Shown in pieces: positions 58,315 through 64,000 of a DNA stretch of 64,000 bases. The stretch is from an uncultured Solirubrobacteraceae bacterium (GTDB taxonomy: Bacteria > Actinomycetota > Thermoleophilia > Solirubrobacterales > Solirubrobacteraceae). The stretch is from assembly GCA_964588985.1 (NCBI GenBank), contig CAZPQW010000001.1:290688-354687 (forward strand). The letters run 5' to 3'. The position numbers and the translations under genes are program-made. Within the stretch, counting starts at the first letter, position 1. The number at the start of each line of letters is the position of its first letter. The notes beneath the pieces were generated by a model. That model was not told where the DNA came from, made no database searches, and saw only the letters and a program-made list of their open reading frames with translations.

Positions 58315-60591
58315 TTGGCGCGCGTGCCTCGTCGCCTGTTCCGCCTGCTCGTACTCGCCGTCGCAGCCTCCTCGACGCTCGGCACCGCGCTGCTTGCCGC
58401 TGTCGCCGGTGCGGCTGCGATCCCGACGACCGGCTTCCTCTCGGCGCCGACCGACCAGCTCGCCGTGCCGGGCATGCTCGCCGGAGGGGAGATAACCCCC
58501 GAGGGGGACGTCTACACCGGCTGGGCCGAGTACGAGCTGCGCTTCGGGGCGCGGCTTCGGCAGTGGAACCAGCCGACCCGCACGCTCCCCGACCCGTCCA
58601 TCCCCGAGCTGTCTAGCAGCCTGTCCGATGGGCCGGTGACCTACACCCAGACAGTCTTCGCCGTCGCGGTCGCCGGCCGCCCGGTTGCCTACGACACGGT
58701 GACCGCCGTCAACCGCTCCGCCGCCCCGCGCGAGGCGCAGGTGGAGATGGCGCTCGCCTACACCCGCGGGCGCCAGATCCGCGGAGCGCACGGGCTGCCG
58801 ACCGGCGCGTATCGATACGAGCGCCCAGTCAGCGGACAGCCGAGCGGCTACTACCAGCAGGCGGGCGAGGCCTTCTCACCCGCCTTCGCGTACAGCGCCG
58901 CCGGACGCGACCTCGACCGCTCCGGACTGCTGCTCGCCCGCGGCCCCGCCGCCCCGAGCCGGCCGTTGCGGGCCTCCTCGGCGAACACACCCACCGCCAC
59001 CCACGACGCGAAGGTGTTCAGGGCTCTCCTGAAGGCCCACGGGCGGGTCAGCTACACGTGGCAGATACCGCTCGAACCGCCGCCAGCCGGCGGCGGCGCC
59101 GACAGCGCGCTCGACGCCGTTTCCCTGAGCAGCGCCCGCGTCGAGCTTGTGCGCGACTGGAGCGCCGAAGAGGCGGGGATGACGCGGATCGACGTGCCCG
59201 AGCGCCGGGTCGACGACGCCTACCGCGCCGCGATCTCCGAGATCCTCTCCTCGCGCTACGTGTCTCCCGCAGGCTGGGTGCAGGGCACTAACAAGCTGCA
59301 GTACCAGGCGTTCTGGATCCGCGACGCCGCGCTTCAAACCCAGGCGCTCGACCTCGCCGGGCTGCACACGCAGGCGGAGGAGAACCTCGCGTTCCTCGAC
59401 ACCTTCCAGCAGTCCGACGGCCTGTTCATCAGCCGTACCCAGCAGTACGACGGCTTCGGCCAGGCGCTGTGGGTGCTCGCCCAACACGCCCAGCTGACGC
59501 AGAGCACGGCGTTCGCCGCCGCGCAGCTCGGCCGCATGGAGTCGGCGATCGACTGGCTCTCCGCGGTGACTGCGATCGATCCGCTCGGGCTGCTCCCCGC
59601 GGGGACCCCCGGCGACGACGAGCTCGCCTCGGGGCACATCACCGGCGACGACCTGTGGGCTGCGGCGGGGTTGCGCTCGGCGATCGCCGACGCGACCTTG
59701 GCTGGCCGCACCGATCTGGCCGCGGCGTGGCAGGCGGTGGACGGGCGCTTCGAGGCGTCGCTGGACGCGGCGATCGCGGCTGCGGTCGCCCGCGCGGGAC
59801 ACATCCCGCCGGTGCTCGACGCGGCCGGCGGGCAGGACTGGGGCAACTACTACGCCGCCTACCCCGTGCAGGTCCTCGGCGCGAGCACGCCGGCCGTCAG
59901 GAAGACGGTGGCGTGGGCGCGCTCGCACATGGTGCAGGGCCTGCCCACGTATGACAACGGCAAGAGCCTCCACGACTACCTCGGCTTCAGCATCTTCCAG
60001 ACCGAGCTCGCCGCGGGCGACCGCTCCGACGCGGTCGCGGGGCTCTACGCGGAGATCGCGCACACCACCTCGACCGATGCCGGCTGGGAGTGGGACATAC
60101 CGCCGTTCGGCCGGCGCGCGACCGCGGTCGACCTCGCCCCGCACGGCACGTTCGCCGCCGACTACGTCGCGCTGCTGCGCAACCTGCTCGTCGCCGAAGG
60201 CGCTGGGGGCGGAGTGCGCCTGCTGAGCGGCGCGAGCCCCGCGTGGCTCGCGCCGGGGCAGCACATCACAGTCACCGACGCGCCCACCGGCCGGGGCGCG
60301 ATTACGTTCACCGAGCGTTCCACCGCGCGCGGCGAGATGCTCACGTGGCGCGGCTCGCTCGCGCCCGGCACCGCGCTCACATGGACGCTGCCGCCGTGGG
60401 CGCGGCACGCGACCGTCGCGGGCAGGCCGGTGAGCGGATCGACGGTGACGCTGCCGGGGTCATCCGGGACGGTGACGGTCACGTTCGCCGGCCGCCGCCC
60501 GTCGCAGTCCTACGCCTCGACGGTCGCCGCGTTGAACACCGCCTATCGCGCCCACCATCGGTCGGCGCCGCTCGTGCCGGCGACTCACTGA
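58315..60591 (+). CDS. Secreted six-hairpin (alpha/alpha)6 glycosidase-like protein
   Basis: Signal peptide, YQAFWIRDAA, QYDGFGQALW, GDDE, PHGTFAADY. Start may be 58324. Confidence 0.7.
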   Translation: MARVPRRLFRLLVLAVAASSTLGTALLAAVAGAAAIPTTGFLSAPTDQLAVPGMLAGGEITPEGDVYTGWAEYELRFGARLRQWNQPTRTLPDPSIPELSSSLSDGPVTYTQTVFAVAVAGRPVAYDTVTAVNRSAAPREAQVEMALAYTRGRQIRGAHGLPTGAYRYERPVSGQPSGYYQQAGEAFSPAFAYSAAGRDLDRSGLLLARGPAAPSRPLRASSANTPTATHDAKVFRALLKAHGRVSYTWQIPLEPPPAGGGADSALDAVSLSSARVELVRDWSAEEAGMTRIDVPERRVDDAYRAAISEILSSRYVSPAGWVQGTNKLQYQAFWIRDAALQTQALDLAGLHTQAEENLAFLDTFQQSDGLFISRTQQYDGFGQALWVLAQHAQLTQSTAFAAAQLGRMESAIDWLSAVTAIDPLGLLPAGTPGDDELASGHITGDDLWAAAGLRSAIADATLAGRTDLAAAWQAVDGRFEASLDAAIAAAVARAGHIPPVLDAAGGQDWGNYYAAYPVQVLGASTPAVRKTVAWARSHMVQGLPTYDNGKSLHDYLGFSIFQTELAAGDRSDAVAGLYAEIAHTTSTDAGWEWDIPPFGRRATAVDLAPHGTFAADYVALLRNLLVAEGAGGGVRLLSGASPAWLAPGQHITVTDAPTGRGAITFTERSTARGEMLTWRGSLAPGTALTWTLPPWARHATVAGRPVSGSTVTLPGSSGTVTVTFAGRRPSQSYASTVAALNTAYRAHHRSAPLVPATH

Positions 60592-60626
60592 CGGGCGGCG
60601 CGCGCCGCGGCTCTTACCATGGCCCC

Positions 60627-60863
60627 ATGCCCAGGCCGTCGCGACCGATGCCCCGCGTGGGCGCGCCCGCTCGCATCGCGCACTTCGGCGGAGGGTTCGA
60701 GCAGGGCGTCGTCGTCGCCGTGAGCGAGGAGGGCCGGCGGGTGGAGGTGCGCGGCGAGGACGGGGAGGTGCTCGCGTTCGTGCTCAGCCCCGCCACCGCG
60801 AGGTTCACCTCAGCGGACAGCGCGCACGGGCCGCGGCTGGAGCTGCTCGGCGAGGGGGCGTGA
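60627..60863 (+). CDS. Small hypothetical beta-rich protein, 78 aa
   Basis: MPRPSRPMPRVGAPARIAHFG...FVLSPATARF with GC3-rich codons. Fills the intergenic gap. Confidence 0.6.
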   Translation: MPRPSRPMPRVGAPARIAHFGGGFEQGVVVAVSEEGRRVEVRGEDGEVLAFVLSPATARFTSADSAHGPRLELLGEGA

Positions 60864-60872
60864 CGGGGCCGG

Positions 60873-61235
60873 TCAGGGAGCCTTGACGTCGGGAAAGTGC
60901 TCCGCGCAGTGCTCGCGGATAGCGCCTCGCACCCACGCACGCTCCTCACTCGACGCCATACGAAAGCGCGTGAGCAGGTCGCGCTGGCGTTCCACCGGCA
61001 CGCCCGCGATCTCCCAGCGAACCGCGAGCCGCTCGAACAGCAGCTCGAGCGCCCGCTGCCACGCGTCCTCCTGCGTGGCCGACGGCCGGCTGGCGATACC
61101 CGAGAGCTCCTGCGCGTACGCCAGCCGCGAGCCGGGGGTGAGCGAGCCGCGCAGGCTCAGCACGTTGCCCTCGGCGTCGGTGTAGTCGCTTGCCGGCGCG
61201 GTGAGCTTCTCGCGCCGGCGGCTCTTCTTGGCCAC
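60873..61235 (-). CDS. Hypothetical protein, 120 aa
   Basis: Co-oriented with and 7 bp downstream of the SnoaL-MBL gene. Typical codon bias. Confidence 0.75.
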   Translation of the reverse strand: MAKKSRRREKLTAPASDYTDAEGNVLSLRGSLTPGSRLAYAQELSGIASRPSATQEDAWQRALELLFERLAVRWEIAGVPVERQRDLLTRFRMASSEERAWVRGAIREHCAEHFPDVKAP

Positions 61236-61242
61236 GCTCGGC

Positions 61243-62526
61243 TCAGCTTGCGTCCGCGGCCCGTTCGAGCTGGCCGCGCACGTCTCCGGTGACCGGCTTC
61301 GCGTGCCCCGGCCACGCCGCGGCTGGCTCCAGGGCGGCGAGCTTGCGCATGCTCGCGCGCGCTTCGTCGGTGTCGAAGTTGTAGGTCGCCTGGGGCAGGT
61401 GCGGCGCGCTGTTGCGGCCCCACATGTCGACGGTGTAGAAGCAGTCGGTGCTGAGCGCGAGGCGGTCGGACTCGCGCCAAAGGGCGATCAGCCCCGGCGC
61501 GTGCCCCGGCAGGTGGATCACCTTGAAGCCCGCCACGTCGTCGCCCTCCTCGACGGTGCCGGCGATCTTCACCGGGCCGCCGTCCCACGCGTAGCGGTGC
61601 AGCAGCTTGTGGGCCTGGCGCAGCGGCGTCGGCAGCCCCGCGAGACCCTGCGGCCAGTAGCGAAAGCCGCCGCTGCCTTCAGCGTCCTGCACCTCCGCGG
61701 GGTGGCAGTACACGGGCACGCCCAGCCCTGGCGCCGCGCCGCGGTGGTCGGTGTGCCCGTGGCCGAGCACGATCCTGCGGATACCGCCGAGCTTCGCCCC
61801 GGCGCTCGCCAGCGCGCGGGTCATCGTGCGGGCGCCGGCGTCGAACAGCGTCACGCCGCCCTCATCCTCGATCAGGTACACGTTGCAGCGCCCAGGTTGC
61901 CCCTGAACGACCCACACGCCCTCCGCGATGAGCTTCGCCTCGCCCGCGCCGAGGTTGGCGGTGAGACGCGTTTTCGCGTTGAACGCGCCGATCATGCGCT
62001 GCTCCGCGGTCGAGCCCTGCGGCGGCATCATCCCGATCTCGCGCGCGAAGGTCATGCTGTCGCTGAACGCGTCGTTGCCGTGGATGAACCCGTCGCGGAC
62101 GGTCAGCAGGTCGAAGCCCTCGAGCTCGATCGGGTGGCCCGTGGGGGCGACGCCCGAGAAGCGTCCGGGCCCGGCGAACGTGCCCGTCAGACGCCACTGC
62201 ACGCCGCAGCGATCGTCCTCCGAAGTCGTCGAGACGACCTCCATCTTCAGGTCGGGTATCGCCGCGAGCAGGGTGCCGATGAACTCGCGCACGCCGTTCG
62301 GCGCGAGCACGTCGACCTGGCCGCGCACGTTCTCGCGTCCGCCGTCCGCCCACAGCGCGACCGCCGTGTCCAGATCGCGGGCGTCGATAGCCGCGAAGTA
62401 GCGCCGTGCGACCGCCTCCGCCTTGCTCCCCGAGATCCGTCTGCGGGTGGGGGCCAGCTGCTGCATGTTCGCGGCGACCTCCTGCACCTTGGTGCTCGCG
62501 TCGCTCGCGCTCTCCCGATCGGCCAT
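61243..62526 (-). CDS. SnoaL/NTF2-like domain fused to a metallo-beta-lactamase-fold hydrolase
   Basis: N-terminal ARRYFAAIDARD...WRLTGTF..GVAPTG. C-terminal GHGHTDH, LPGHAPG, WPGH. Confidence 0.85.
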   Translation of the reverse strand: MADRESASDASTKVQEVAANMQQLAPTRRRISGSKAEAVARRYFAAIDARDLDTAVALWADGGRENVRGQVDVLAPNGVREFIGTLLAAIPDLKMEVVSTTSEDDRCGVQWRLTGTFAGPGRFSGVAPTGHPIELEGFDLLTVRDGFIHGNDAFSDSMTFAREIGMMPPQGSTAEQRMIGAFNAKTRLTANLGAGEAKLIAEGVWVVQGQPGRCNVYLIEDEGGVTLFDAGARTMTRALASAGAKLGGIRRIVLGHGHTDHRGAAPGLGVPVYCHPAEVQDAEGSGGFRYWPQGLAGLPTPLRQAHKLLHRYAWDGGPVKIAGTVEEGDDVAGFKVIHLPGHAPGLIALWRESDRLALSTDCFYTVDMWGRNSAPHLPQATYNFDTDEARASMRKLAALEPAAAWPGHAKPVTGDVRGQLERAADAS

Positions 62527-62573
62527 ACCGCCTCCTTTACGCCGCTGAGGGCCGTTAGTCTAGTCTGCGGCGA

Positions 62574-63578
62574 GTGGCCGATGTGACGAGCAGGCGGGAA
62601 CGGATGCCCGCCCACCCCCGTGGCGAAAAGGTGCAGCCCGGCGTGTTTCGACTGCGCCTGCCCCTGCCGTGGCCCGGTGTTCCCCACTGCAACGCGTGGG
62701 CGGTGGCTGACGGAGACGGCTTCGTGCTGTTCGACACCGGCATGCACCAGCCGGACTCGCTCGCGAACCTCGAGCGGGCACTGGCGATGTGCGGCCTGCG
62801 CCTGGAGGACGCGAAGCTGATCGTGTGCACGCACGCCCACTCCGACCACTGCGGCCAGGTGCCCACGATCGTCGAGCGGGCCGGGTGCGAGGTGTGGATG
62901 CACCCCAACCACGAGCACCTCACGAGGATGGTCGAGGACCCCGACGCGGTGTTCGACCGGCGCGTGGAGATCGCGCTGCAGAGCGGCGTGCCCGAGGAGC
63001 CGCTGCGCCGCTACGCCTCCGAACGCAGCTCGCGCGGGACGGGGATCGCGGGGCCGATCGAGCCCGACCGCGACCTGCTCGCGGGCGTGACGGTCGGCAC
63101 GGACCTCGGCGAGTGGGTCGTGTATGAGACACCGGGGCACGCGCCCTCGCACGTGTGCCTGTTCCAGCCCGAGCGGCGCCTGCTGATCTCCGGCGACCAC
63201 CTGCTCGGGCGCATCTCGTTGTACTTCGACTACGGCTACACGCCCGACCCCGTGGGCGAGTTCCTCGACTCGCTTGGCGTGGTCGAGAAGCTCGGCGCGC
63301 GCCTGTGCCTCGCCGGCCACGGGCGCACGTTCACCGACGTACACGCCCACATCCAGGGCAACCGCAAGCTCGTCGAGGAACGGCTCGCGAGCGTGCTCGC
63401 CGCTGTTAGAGACGCTCCGTTGAGCGCGTTCGAAGTGGTGCCGCACGTCTACGGCACCGCGCTGTCCACCGACAACGCCCACTGGCTGCTGTCGAAGATC
63501 CTCGGCTACCTCACCCACCTCGAGGCGCGCGGCGAGGTTCAGCGCGTCCCCGGTGAGCCCGAGCGCTGGACTGCATAA
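62574..63578 (+). CDS. Metallo-beta-lactamase-fold hydrolase (start may be 62604)
   Basis: LRLPLPW, THAHSDHCG, TPGHAPSH, ISGDHLL, LAGHG, C-terminal wHTH-like tail. Confidence 0.9.
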   Translation: MADVTSRRERMPAHPRGEKVQPGVFRLRLPLPWPGVPHCNAWAVADGDGFVLFDTGMHQPDSLANLERALAMCGLRLEDAKLIVCTHAHSDHCGQVPTIVERAGCEVWMHPNHEHLTRMVEDPDAVFDRRVEIALQSGVPEEPLRRYASERSSRGTGIAGPIEPDRDLLAGVTVGTDLGEWVVYETPGHAPSHVCLFQPERRLLISGDHLLGRISLYFDYGYTPDPVGEFLDSLGVVEKLGARLCLAGHGRTFTDVHAHIQGNRKLVEERLASVLAAVRDAPLSAFEVVPHVYGTALSTDNAHWLLSKILGYLTHLEARGEVQRVPGEPERWTA

Positions 63579-63585
63579 TCCCCGG

Positions 63586-64000
63586 ATGCGCATCGACGAG
63601 ATCATCGCGGCGGACGGGCCGACCTTCTCCTTCGAGTTCTTCCCGCCCAAGACGGAGGCGGGGGAGGAGAACCTGCGCGCGGCGCTCGCCGAGCTGCGCG
63701 GCCTGGACCCGTCGTTCGTGTCCGTCACCTACGGCGCCGGCGGCTCCACCAGGGGCAAAACGATCGAGATCGTCAAGCGCATCCGTGAGCAGTACGGGCT
63801 GGAGGCGATGGCGCACTTCACGTGCGTGGGAGCCACCGTGGCGGAACTGCGCGCCACCCTCGACGAGATGCAGAGCGCGGGTATCGACAACGTGCTCGCG
63901 CTGCGCGGCGACCCGCCGGCGGGGCAGGAGCAGTGGCGCAAAACGGAGGGCGGCCTCGAGTACTCGCGCGAACTGGTGGAGCTGATCGCCGCCGACTACC
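63586..64000 (+). CDS. metF: 5,10-methylenetetrahydrofolate reductase, partial (runs off the window)
   Basis: Manual translation MRIDEIIAADGPTFSFEFFPPKT...FVSVTYGAGGS...AHFTC...NVLALRGDPP. Confidence 0.95.
   Translation, partial: MRIDEIIAADGPTFSFEFFPPKTEAGEENLRAALAELRGLDPSFVSVTYGAGGSTRGKTIEIVKRIREQYGLEAMAHFTCVGATVAELRATLDEMQSAGIDNVLALRGDPPAGQEQWRKTEGGLEYSRELVELIAADY

Noticed and set aside
63579-63585. SAM riboswitch upstream of metF
   Set aside because: Only 7 bp separate metF from the upstream MBL gene.

Overview
High-GC (roughly 70%, judged by eye) actinobacterial chromosome segment. Gene content and the families of secreted proteins suggest Thermoleophilia/Solirubrobacterales (inference, not a database result). 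About 57 densely packed CDS and one tRNA-Ser(GGA). I saw no rRNA, CRISPR array, integrase or transposase. Recognisable genes: alkB-rubredoxin-TetR alkane oxidation operon, two L,D-transpeptidases, an aldo-keto reductase (MgrA/YghZ type), tandem peptidase E paralogues, a NodIJ-like ABC exporter, a GT39-like glycosyltransferase with an MprAB-like two-component system, a GGDEF protein, acnA, an M42 peptidase, ettA, a Fic protein, tatA, nucS, a 2-oxoglutarate dehydrogenase E2-E1 fusion, panE, an RCK potassium channel, a glyoxalase, a divergent purD, an ABC1 kinase, pyk, three metallo-beta-lactamase-fold proteins and a partial metF. Best leads: (1) a secreted Ig-domain protein that ends abruptly in a sortase-like PRFTG with no membrane anchor, encoded directly upstream of an L,D-transpeptidase, a candidate sortase-independent wall-anchoring system; (2) two degenerate copies of the glyoxalase 3' end interleaved with accessory genes, a candidate cassette-accretion hotspot with no visible integrase; (3) a Kgd/OdhA-type protein that carries its own lipoyl and E3-binding domains. 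All protein family calls come from motif recognition by eye.
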